Assembly (NCBI GenBank): GCA_043228905.1
Contig: JBHGNT010000020.1
Coordinates: forward strand, 8,556,001-8,620,000
Direction: 5' to 3'
Source of the DNA: Azolla caroliniana
Taxonomy: Eukaryota; Plantae; Polypodiophyta
Length of the DNA stretch: 64,000 nt
Shown here: piece after piece, positions 49,753 through 60,974 of the stretch
Position numbering within the stretch: the stretch's first letter is position 1
Layout: each line of letters starts with the position of its first letter
Notes under the pieces: generated by a model
What the model was told of the DNA's origin: nothing
The model's database searches: none
Seen by the model: the letters and a program-made list of their open reading frames with translations, nothing else
Translations under genes and position numbers: made by a program

Positions 49753-52061
49753 CGTGTTGGGGTCCATCAACGTGATGATTGATGAAGACTAAATGGTCCA
49801 GATCTGCCTCGGTGGTCTAGCACAACTGTACAGACCGACGATTTGCACCCGGGAGAAGCCACTGTCCTTCTTCGACCTGCAATCGATGCTGATGGTTGAA
49901 GAAAATCACGCGAGTGGTTTGAGGACCAGTCAATCGGACAACCAAATGTTGTACACGGAGGCAGATCGACCCTTGGGCATAGAGAACGAGGTGGATCGGC
50001 ACGCAATAAGGGAGGCCGACAAGAGCAAAACTGGAGGCACAAAGATAGTGCCAACAACAGTTTCAGATTCTCCACAAGTAGGGGGAGTCAAAGCGGCGCC
50101 GGAAACCAATAAGGAAATTTCTGAGATGGCAAGAAAGGACACCAAGAGAGCGAGTGGTGGAAGAAGTGCACTAATTCAGAAAAATCCGGATCCGTCAAGG
50201 CTGGACAAGGGAATTGGCAAAGATCGCAACTATGATGAAGGCTCAGAAGGATCCGAAACCGGAAAGATAGGAAAAGGACCAACCTGTGTGATGAAACACA
50301 AGGTGAACTCGATGAAGAAAACCACTTCTAGATCAGAGGAAGTGTGGTATGTTGACTCCGGAGCGACACGACGAGCCACGAAGAATGGTTCTCATTTTTG
50401 GAAAAGTTGGGAGTTGTTGAAACCGGAGACAACACTCCTCACTTGATGGAACATGTCAGAGAAGTTCCCTTGAGTCATGTCGGACAAAAGGGAAAGTTAA
50501 TGAATGTTTTACATGTTCTGACAATCACGAAGAACCTGGTTGTCGGTCATACAGATCATTGACGAGGGGATGCAAGTGTGGTTTACGCACCTCAGGTGAT
50601 TCATTGAGGAAGAGGGTTAGATCATCACGCAAGGGTGCCGGGACGGGAGGATGTTTATCCTCGACACCAATGACGTCAACACTGCTCTATTTGCCAAAGG
50701 ACAAAAAGTCAAGTTAGACATCGACTTATGGCACATGCGAATAGGCCACATCAACGACTAGAGGCTTCAAGATTTGCAATCTTGAAATTTAGTGGCCGAA
50801 AGGCCCAAATATGTGAAGCTTGCTAGCTCAGGAAACAACATCGACTTTTGTTCCCCACCGAAAGAAACCAGAGTTGTAACAAGATCGAATTGATAATTCG
50901 GATGTATGGGAACCGACACGGAATGTTAGTCCTCGTGGATCTATCTCATTGAGAAGAAAAGCAAAGTCTTCGACTGTTTTCGGAACTTGCAAAGTCTTGT
51001 CGAACGGGAAATGGAGAGAAAGATCAAGTGCTTGTGGCCGGATGGTGGAAAAGAATACTTTTTCAGCCAATTCAGAAGTTATCTGCAGCAGAAAGGAATT
51101 CGAAGGGAATTCAGCTACCGATATACGCCGGAGAAAAATGGCGTTGCCGAAAGGAAGAATCGGTCGATTGTGGAGGCAGCAAGGGAAAAGCTTGAGGAGA
51201 AAAGCATGCCTAAGTTCTACTGGGCCAAGGCGGTTCGAACAACCGTCTATATCCAAAACAGGATCAGAGATAAGGTGTCAGCACACGAGCTATATTTCGA
51301 GCATAAGCCGAATTTACGACACCTTACGGTGTTCGGTAACATTGCCTGTGTGCATGTGCCAGATGAGTGGTGAAGAAAGCTGGACCCGAAGTCGAAGTAA
51401 TGTATCCTTCTCGGCTACTCACATTAAACACGTTCGCATTCACAAGTGGAAGGATCACGTATTCCAATTATAGATTCCTTTTATAATCTTGTGATTTTAG
51501 GCGATTTTCAGAAACTTGATACATGAGTATCACATGTTTTAAATAACATGTAAAATTTGTTAATATTTTGAGATTTAACAAGTTTCAAAATGATAATTTC
51601 TAAAATTCAATAGTTTTTCAATAAATGTTTAAACGTTGATGGTTTGCAGATATGAAATGTAGTTAACTTAAAGAAAATCACAATAGTTAACTTAAGGCAC
51701 AAGTTAAGATTAATGGTTTCACCATCTCGAGAATATGTAGGTTCCAGAAGTGGAAGTTACATCTATTGTTAGACTTGAAAATGTTTTAAGTATAAGAGGT
51801 AACATTGTAATCCTTAATGCCATCATCTATAAATTTAGTGCTTATTAACATCCATAAATTCACAACTAAAGAAATGTAATAAATATTCATAAACAATTTT
51901 GATAAATCCATAACCTCCTAAAATGTAGATGATATTCATAAACTGCCAAACTTAGATGTAAACATTAATATATATCAATTTGAACATATCACATACTTAT
52001 TAAGGTATCCACAATGCTCTCCTCTTCTTCATTTTGAGAGCTCCCCTACAAAATTTGTGAA

Positions 52062-53515
52062 GTAAATGACATTTGAAAGGTTCAATTACCATCAATAAAA
52101 TTATTAATGGTTTTTTGTTAATCAAGGAAGCACATGTTCACCATAAGGTATCTTGTTGTGCAACATACTTCTTTATAACATCAATATGCAGCTTTTACGC
52201 TTGTCAAAACAGAGATTTTACTACAATTCGATTTCATGTAAACCCTAAACCCCTTTTATTTGAAAAAAAAGAAGATTTCTAAACATGAACTCCATACATT
52301 GTATTGAGTTGATGTAAAAAATAGAGTTTTCATCACAATTCCATACAACATATCAAATTCATGTTCAAAGTTTTTTTTCTCGAATTTAAAAAAATAAAAA
52401 AATCGATCTTGACTTGATTACAAAAACAGATTTTTCACCACAATTCAATACAATGTACTTAGTTCATGTTTAAAGTAAATTTTTTCAATTTGTTTTTGTT
52501 TTTTTTTTTTTGGAAAAAAAATCTTTAAACATGAATTCGATACATTGTATCGACTTGTGATGAAAACTTTGGTTTTCTCATCACTTCAACTTAAAAAAAA
52601 AACAAACCAAAGAAACCCAAAATAAATAGAAAAAAAACCAAATTTGTTTTTTTTTAAAAACACCCAAAAATAAACTTTAAACATGAACTCAATACATTGT
52701 TCGACACAAACTCGATACAATGTATGGAGTTGGTCTTGAAAACTATGTTTTTCAACACAATCGAGTTCGTGTCGAAATGTTGACTTTTTAACATGAATTT
52801 GATACAATGTATTGAGTTCGTGTTTAAATGTTTTAAACACAAACTCGATACATTGTATTGAGTTCATGTCAAAAAGCTGAGTTTAAAGTTTTTTTTTGAG
52901 TTCATGTTTAAAGTTTTTTTTTTTCTATTTATTTTGGGTCTTTTTTTTTTAAATTTTTTTTTTTTAAGTGATGAGAAAACTACAGTTTTCATCAAAAATC
53001 GATACAATGTATCGAATTTATGTTTAAAGTTTTTCTCTTCCAAAAAGGAAATAAAAAAATATCAAATAAAATTGAATTTTTTTTTTTAAAATTTTAAAAA
53101 AATTACATTAAACATGAACTCTATACATTGTATTGAATTGTGGTGAAAAACTGGTTTTTTATCAATTGAAGCTCAATTTTTTTATTTTTTTAAATCCAAG
53201 ATGAAAACTTTGAACATGAATTTGATACATTGTATGTAATTGTGATCAAAACTTTGTTGTTTACATCAACTCGATACAATTTATGGAGTTCATGTTTAGA
53301 AATCTTCTTCTTTTTTAAATAGAAGAGATTTAGGGTTTACATGAACTTGAATTATACTAAAATCTCTATTTTTACAAGAGAAAAAGATGCATATTGATAT
53401 TGCAAAGAAGTATGTTGCATAATAAGACACGTTATGGTGAACATGTGCTTCATTGATTAACAAAAACTATTAATAATTGTGTTGATGGTAATTGAACCTT
53501 GCAAATGCCATTTAC
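52062..53515. repeat. Large imperfect palindrome containing about a dozen ~35-bp self-palindromic units
   Basis: 52062-52400 aligns by eye to rc 53100-53515; unit consensus AACATGAACTCGATACA-W-TGTATCGAGTTCATGTT. Confidence 0.88.
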
Positions 53516-53906
53516 GTGGTTTATAAAATATTCTCGTGGTTCTTAATCACCACTTCAAATACTTAATGTTGATCTTCATAGTTTGGTTCATCTACAATAG
53601 AGAAAAATTTATGTGGAACTAAGGATGACGACACAAGCATAACTTGGGTGACAAGGGAACTTGCAAGAATTCAAGGTGGTGATATTAATAGCTACACATT
53701 CAAATACTTAATCACCATTTACGTGGTCTATAAAATATTGTCGTGGTTCTTAATCACCACTTCAAATACTTAATGTTGATCTTCATAGTTTGGTTCATCT
53801 ACAATAGAGAAAAATTTATGTGGAACTAAGGATGATGACATGAGCATAACTTAGGTGACAAGGAAACTTGCAAGAATTCAAGGTGGGGATATTAATAGCT
53901 ACACAT
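53508..53906. repeat. Tandem duplication, ~207-bp period
   Basis: CCATTTACGTGG...GCTACACAT at 53508 and 53715. Confidence 0.9.
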
Positions 53907-54664
53907 GTAGATGGCCATGACGTAGGGCACCAATTTTGCATTGGTAACGTTTTGGACGTGGTGATGCATTAAAATTTTGTAATAAATCTATCATTGACTT
54001 TAGTGAGGTGGATATCATTGTCTATGACTTTACACTACCAAAAGTTGGATGTTTAAGGACGACAATGATAAACAGAATAAAAAAGATATTACCAAGACTA
54101 GAAGATATCTCAGATTGAAGGCGAACAAGATTTAGTGCACACAATTTGGAGACACCATTTAGTGAAGACAATGATTTGATTGGTACAATTGAAAATGAGG
54201 AGAAAGAGTCACAATTGTATATTAGCTATAGTAGTGATTCTCATGAAAGGAATGATGATAGTGATGCAAATAACTCCTAAATGTATTTTTTGTGCAACGA
54301 TATGTAAGAAATTTAGACAACATTTTATCGAATGAAATAAAAAAGTTGATTGTTTTGAAATCTTTCACGTATGATTTCGTTAGGATCTAAAATACTACTT
54401 GTTGTAATTTCTCCTTAAAAATACACAAAGTTACTTTTTGTATTTGGCCAAAATTTTGCATTTTTCAATTTTACCAAATGGTGAAAATTTTAGCTTTTTC
54501 ATCAAGTTTTTGAGAACATTTGATACTAGTACCAAGGTGTTTTGTGAAATGGCCAAAAAATCCCCAAAATCAAACGGAATATTCCTTATCCTTCCATGTG
54601 TGCGTGATCCTTCCACTTGTGAGCGCGAACTTGTTATGAGCAAAAGGGTTAGCAGTGCTATAAC

Positions 54665-56472
54665 AGTTGGGAGTTCGATCCCTTTTCGTTCGTAGGAAAG
54701 TTCGACTAAAAGTACACAACAATACGGAAAAGCAAAACAACAAAATACACAGTACATAGTGTTTAACATGGAAACCCTAAACGGGGAAAAGCACGGGAGA
54801 AACAGAGATCCACTATACAGGAAAATGCAGAAAACGGTTACAATCTTCTCTGATAATCATAGAGGATAACCTGGTTAGGGTTCTTAGCAACTTCGCTGAA
54901 CTTTGTTGCCGCTCTCTCTCATAATAGTTAATCAATCGATTGGTCGTTTAGTCGATTCGACTAGCCGACTCCTATGTCGATTGTCCAGTCAGCCCGACTG
55001 GTCGGCCTTATCTTCGAGCATCTAGTTGGCCCGAGTAGTCGCTCATGAGATATCTTCAAAAATAAGTCTTATTGAACGGTGGGGGAAAGCCCCCTTTATA
55101 TAAGATGAAGCATGCATCCATGTTCACCACATGCTCGCCACATGGTTTCATGTATGCATGACATTGTATGCATTACATGATACATTTCCTTATTATAAGC
55201 TCTATAGTATATAAAGTAAAGGTACAAGGTTCAAATCCCTATATCCCTATTATTATATTGTGCTTGATCCTCAACACTCCCTCTCAAGCACATTAAGATC
55301 ATAAAGACCAAGTTTTCTACTAAACTTGAAAAACTTGTCTTTTGGTAATGGCTTGGTGAAGATATTAGCAACTTGATCCTCTGTTTTAATATGTCTCAAA
55401 TCAATGAGGCCTTCGACAATCCTGTCTCGAACGAAATGATAATGAACCTCAATAGGTTTTGTACAAGCATGAAAAACAAGATTCTTTGCTAACAATATTG
55501 CACTTATGTTATCACAATAGATAACTAATGGTCTTTGTATTTTGACTTCAAGATCCTTTAATAACATCTCTAACCATGTACCTTCACATGTAGCTTGGGT
55601 TGCAACTCTATACTCTGTTTCTGTGGTGCTCAATGCAACAGTTGGTTGTTTCTTTGACAACCATGACACAACCCAATCTACGTCACAAAAGAAACTAGGA
55701 GACACCTTATCATTAGAATACAAAAGACCATATTCTAATGTTCCTTTTATGTATCTTAGAATTATTTTTACTATCACCATGTGCACTTTCATAGGCTCTT
55801 GCATATATCTCCTGACAATACCAATTGAAAATGCAATATCTAGTCTTGTGATTGTCAAGTAGATAAGCTTTCCAATCATCTGTTGGTACATCCTGGCATT
55901 TGTAAGAGCATCATTTTTAGTAGTATCTAACGTCATTCTTTCTTGCATTGGTGTTTGCATTGGCTTACAATCATACATAGTAAATTCTTTTAGCATATCA
56001 ACCATATACTTTTTCTGAGAAAGCATCCAACCATTGATACATTTAATCACTTCAATGCCCAAGAAGTACTTAAGCTCTCCTAAATCCTTCATCTCAAACT
56101 TGTTTCACATATTATGTTTTATTTTTTGTACAAGTTCATCATTATCACATGTTATAATTAAATCATCTACTTATAAAACAATAATGATTTTACCATATTT
56201 ACCATCATTCATAAAAATTGATGCATTTGCACAACTTTGCTTGAAGTTCATACTTTTCAAGTAGTTTCCCAACCTTTCAAACCATATTCTTGGTGATTGT
56301 TTTAGTCCGTATAAGCCCCTCTTCAATTTGCACACATAATCAAGGTTAACATTATCCTTAAAACCATGTGGTTGTTCCATGAACACTTCTTCCTTCAAAA
56401 TACCATTCAAAAAACATTTTTTAAATCCATCTTATATAAAGTTCATTTTAGAGATGTTGTTAAAGAGATAAT
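54665..56472 (-). mobile_element. Ty1/Copia element I, 3' part (RT-RH 55271-56460, PPT, 3' LTR ~54665-55276)
   Basis: LYGLKQSPRIW, MKDLGELKYFLG and YCDNISA motifs; PPT (CTCCCTCTCAAG on plus strand) next to the LTR end. Confidence 0.87.
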
Positions 56473-58014
56473 TGTTGAGAGATCAAGCTCAACTTAGTTT
56501 AGTTAGTTAGTCAACAATGTAACTTCGTAGTTACCTAGATAGAATCTAGTTAGAAGTGTTGACTATAACGACTTAAATAGGACCTTGTACTTAGGTAGAA
56601 TATTCTAGATCCTCCACTCCCAAGGTCATTTAATATAGGACTTACACGGTTGTACCTATATTCTCCTCACACATGTGCACCCTTGCACATGAGATCTATA
56701 TATACCTCATTGATGGTATTTTTGTATTTGATGATGATAATGCTAATTTAATATACTTACTCATCCCTCATCTTGTGTTCTTCATAAGTGTATCTCTCTC
56801 TCTCTCTCGCTTACTCTCACACACATACACACACATAATTTTTCGCTTATCAACTAATCACATAATTAGGTACTAATTAACCCTTACTTAATTACTTACC
56901 TAATTCTTAACATGGTAAAATCCACTAAGCCCACCCAACTTCGTGATTGTGTGTTCGAGACGTTGACGACAAAATCTGGTTATCGGCCACTGTAGTGCCG
57001 CTACATAGCACGTGTACGTGATCGAAGGAAGAAAAACAAAAGAAGAGAAGACACAATCAACATGAACACACAAATGGGTAGCTCGCTCCCTAGTGAAAAG
57101 CTAGACTAGAGCAATTATTCATCTTGGGAGTACAAGATAACCCAATACCTCGTCGGCCAAGGGTATTGGAGCTACATCAATGACGTTCAAGAAAATCGAC
57201 CCGACTCAAAGAACGCCGACTACGCAACATGGGAGCAAGCGGCTAGTCGAGTCATGTATTGCTTGGCAACATGTGTCCACAACCACATGCTTAGCCATAT
57301 TCGAGACGCCAAGACGCCTAAAGAAGCATGGGCGAACTTAAAGAAAATGTTCGCTGCCAACACAACCACCCGAAAGCTTCAACTCTGACAAGAGTTGAAT
57401 AACATTCGACAAAAAGACATGTTTGTGTCGGTCTACACCGCCAAGATCAAGAGCATTTACGACTCACTTGGCTCCATCAACATAAATGTCGACGAAGATG
57501 AGATGGTTCAAGTATGCTTGGGCAGCCTCGCACAACGATTCGATCCATTATGGACAACAATCTTGGCGAGAGAAAACCCTCCTTCATTCTTCAACCTCCA
57601 ATCAATGCTATTGGTCGAAGAGAACCACGTCCAAACCAAAAGCAAGATGTCAGAAGGACAAATGTTCTTCTCGAATTCGGATGGTGGACGAGGAGGAGGT
57701 CATGACAGTAGAAGAGGTCAATTCGACCCATCACACGAAGGGAACCTTCGGAAGAAGGGGGAGCTTCCGTGTCGAACATGGTTGGCAAATGAGGCCCGCA
57801 TCTTGCAACTATTGCGGCAAAATCGGCCACCGCGAGGAGGAATGCCGAAAAAAGAGAAGTGAGTCGCTTTCAACAAGTCGACAACTCACAAACTACGCAT
57901 CGAACTTCGACTACGACAATCGTAGTGGAATTTTCAGGAATCATGCATTAAATTCCAACTATGGCGACATTGGCGGAATGTTCGTAATGAGGCATAGAGC
58001 GAACTCTATAACGA

Positions 58015-59157
58015 TGTCGTGAAGATTTTCGACAATAGTGTGAAAATCACATAAAACGTATGAAATCGAGTGGGATTCATATAAAACAATAATAGTGAAG
58101 ATAGTAATTTTAAGTAAGTTTAATATCTTAGTACAAAATGATGGAGGTCTTGAAGAGCTTTCAGATGCACTTTACTACATAAGAAACAGACATCTAAGTG
58201 TCAACTTATGTGGGTAGGAAGTTTGCAAAGACAAAGAGAAAAATAAAATTGTGAGATATCCCACATAGACAGGAAATAAGGATCTCACCATATTTAAGGT
58301 AGAGCAAAAGCTATTATCTTTGTGTCTATGTGTGGAGCATAGAGAGTTCAAGGTGACTTGAACTAAGCTATTGGATGAATGGGTGTGGCCTAACTACTTG
58401 CGAAGGTTTTGGCCAACCAAAACCGGACCGGCAACGTAACCAGCATCCGGCAACCGGAACTAGGATCCGACGTCCAGCGACGGAATCGGATGGTAATCGG
58501 CATCCGGCAACGGAACCAGGATTCGGCGACCGAACGGTAACCGGCGACCGGCGGTTAGATGGATAAATAAATAAATAAATACTTATACATATCCATAAGG
58601 AGGGAATGTAAGGATTTGAACCTTGCACCTCTAAGTTGAGAGTCAATAGCCTTACCACTAAGCCAACACATTTTCTTGGAATTATATTTTTATCATTGTA
58701 ACTTTATATGTAAATTCTCATACATGAGAGCTAAAATGAATGACATGGTTATCATGCACCACATGTAATACATGAGCGCCAAATGGCAAACATGCATTTT
58801 ATGCATGTCTTGTACCCTCAAATGCATGAGGGCATCTATAAAAGAGGGAAGGAAAAAGTTGAAAGAACTAATGTAAAATTTTTGGAGGCTTTGTACTTTA
58901 TATCAAAATTAATATTAAGAAGAAATTTGTTATCCAATTGATGTATTAATCTTGCTCTTCAAATCTAAAATCAAGAGTTCAATCTTAATCTCTCTCTCAA
59001 TCTAAAATCAAGTGTTCTATCTTATCTCAATCTCTCTCTCTTTCAATCTATCTTAATTCCTTTCTAGCTAAAGCTTGTGCAAACTTCGAGTCCTTCCGGT
59101 CTAGAACCCCGGTGGTTCCACCTCACGATCCACGCGTAGTGATGGATCTTTACGACA
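58015..59157. mobile_element. Solo LTR (1143 bp) with Gypsy-C-like termini
   Basis: TGTCGTGAAGAT...ATCTTTACGACA terminal inverted repeat; flanks ACGA and ACGG (4-bp TSD, 1 mismatch); host Copia-J frame resumes afterwards. Confidence 0.82.
58602..58670 (-). other. tRNA-derived Pol III promoter-like cassette (A and B boxes) inside the solo LTR
   Basis: Reverse complement reads TGGCTTAGTGG...GGTTCAAATCC with tRNA-like spacing; stems are imperfect. Confidence 0.6.
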
Positions 59158-60974
59158 ACGGCCTCCAACTCTGCAAGCACCTCCAATTCGGAAGACGTGT
59201 GGTTCGTTGATTCCGGCGCCTCACATCACATGACATCTCACGAAGTGTGGTTTCGTGATTTACGAACGCCGAATTGACCCGGCTTCATAGAGACGAGAGA
59301 CGACACCACACATCCCATTCGGCACATCGGTAATGTCCCATTCGGGAAAGAAGGCGAGCAAACTTGGATCAAGAATGTATTGCATGTGCCCACAATAACG
59401 AAGAATTTGGTCTCCGTGGGCCAAATCATGGAGCAAGGCATGCAAGTCCGCTTCAACAACGAAGGATGCTTCATCGAGAAAGATGGTCGACTCATAGCCA
59501 AGGGACGGAGAGATGGTCGCATGTTTATCCTCAATTCGAAGTAGGTGAAATCATCCATGTATGCCAAAGGTCTCAAAACCGAGACAAGCATCGAATTATG
59601 GTACAAGAGAATAGGCCACATAAACCTCCAACGACTTCGAGCGATGCAAACCAAGGGAGTCGTCATTGGACTTCTGACATTCGAGTCGAAACGAGTCGAC
59701 TGAGTATGCGAAGCATGTCAACTTGGCAAACAACATTGACTCCCATTCCTGAAGGAGAGCCACGTGAGCAAAGACCTCCTCAACGTCATACACTTGTATG
59801 TATGGGGACTGGCTCAAACGCCAACGATCGGCGGATGCCGATTCTATGTAACCTTCATCGACGACTACTCCCACTACACGTGGATCTTTCCGATGAAGAA
59901 GAAGAGCAAAGTGTTCTTCCACTTCCAAAAGCTCAAGGGGCATTTCGAAAAAGAAACCGGTCAACACATTCGATGCCTACGATTGGATGGAGGCAAGGAG
60001 TACTTCTCCGAGGAATTCACCTCCTACCTCCAAAGTGAAGGCATTCGGAGAGAATTCTTGTGCTGACACACACCCCAACAAAATGGAGTCGCCGAAAGGA
60101 AAAATCAGTAAATACTCGAGGGAGCACACGCCATGATGCATGAGAAGCACATGCTGAACTTCTATTGGGCCGAAGCGGCATCCATGGCCGTCTATCTCAT
60201 GAATCGATGCACCACTAATGGAGTGCATGCACTAACTCCATACGAGCTCCTCGTCGGAAGGAAGCCGATCCTATCGCACCTCAAGGTGTTGGGAAGCATT
60301 GCGAATGTATGCATCCTGAACGAAAGCCAACAGAAGCCTGATACGAAGTTAGAGGAATGTATCCTCATAGGATACTCGTCTGAGAAGAAAGCATACAAGT
60401 GCTACAACCCTTCTACCCGAGCGGTTCGGGTAAGTCGACACGTAGTCTTCGACAAGTCTGCATCCTGGTACGCACCAGAGACAACTATGACTCCGAGTCC
60501 GCTCGACCCGGAATCCGCCGAACAAGAGGTAGAAGATGGAGATCGCTTCGAACACATGTTCAAAGAAAGTTTGATTACGACAAGGCCTAGTGGGCCACAA
60601 GAGCCCCCAAGCGACCCAAGCACGTCGTGGCCAAGTACAAACTTGGACAAAGGCAAAGGTAAGATGCCCGAATATGAAGTCGACCACCCCAACGACAATG
60701 ATTTGAATGGATCGGCTCCCTCACTAGACAGTGAGTTCGGTGTACCCATCATGTGGACACCTGGAGTAAAGAAGGCACTCACATCAGCGAGCAAAAAACT
60801 TCGACGCTCATCTAGAGCTAAGAACCCCGTCACTCAGCACGACTACAATGAGTACATGGCCCATCATTACACCTTCGTGATGAAGGTAGCAGCCAAACAA
60901 GAGCCCAAGAACTCCACCGAAGTGACTCGTAACCCATGATGGGTGGAAGTAGTTGACCTTCACCCACACACTAC

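Larger units (their letters stand above)
51429..54633. mobile_element. Unclassified TIR DNA transposon with an internal ~1.45-kb inverted repeat
   Basis: TIRs CACGTTCGCATTCACAAGTGGAAGGATCACG (51429) and CGTGATCCTTCCACTTGTGAGCGCGAACTTG (ends 54633); splits Copia-G integrase GYSH|EQKG. Confidence 0.8.
45626..54664 (+). mobile_element. Ty1/Copia element G (5' LTR 45626-46087, PBS 46088-46099), interrupted by Copia-H and a TIR element, 3'-truncated
   Basis: TGTTGAG...TTTACA followed by TGGTATCAGAGC; gag ~46188-46537 resumes at 49753 (LGSINV); VWYVDSGA protease; integrase 50987-51425 resumes at ~54636 (EQKG). Confidence 0.85.
56473..60950 (+). mobile_element. Ty1/Copia element J, 5' part (LTR 56473-56912, gag, PR, INT), interrupted by a solo LTR
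   Basis: TGTTGAG...CTTAACA then TGGTA; CNYCGKIGH knuckle; VWFVDSGAS; FIDDYS and LDGGKEY integrase. Confidence 0.87.

Noticed and set aside
52280-53300. CRISPR-like array of ~35-bp palindromic repeats
   Set aside because: Eukaryotic TE context, degenerate repeats, irregular A/T-homopolymer spacers and no cas genes
54640-54690. tRNA-like GTTCGATCCC (B box)
   Set aside because: Spans the junction of Copia-G integrase codons and the Copia-I LTR; no cloverleaf
58602-58670. Functional tRNA gene
   Set aside because: Acceptor and anticodon stems pair poorly; reported only as a tRNA-derived cassette
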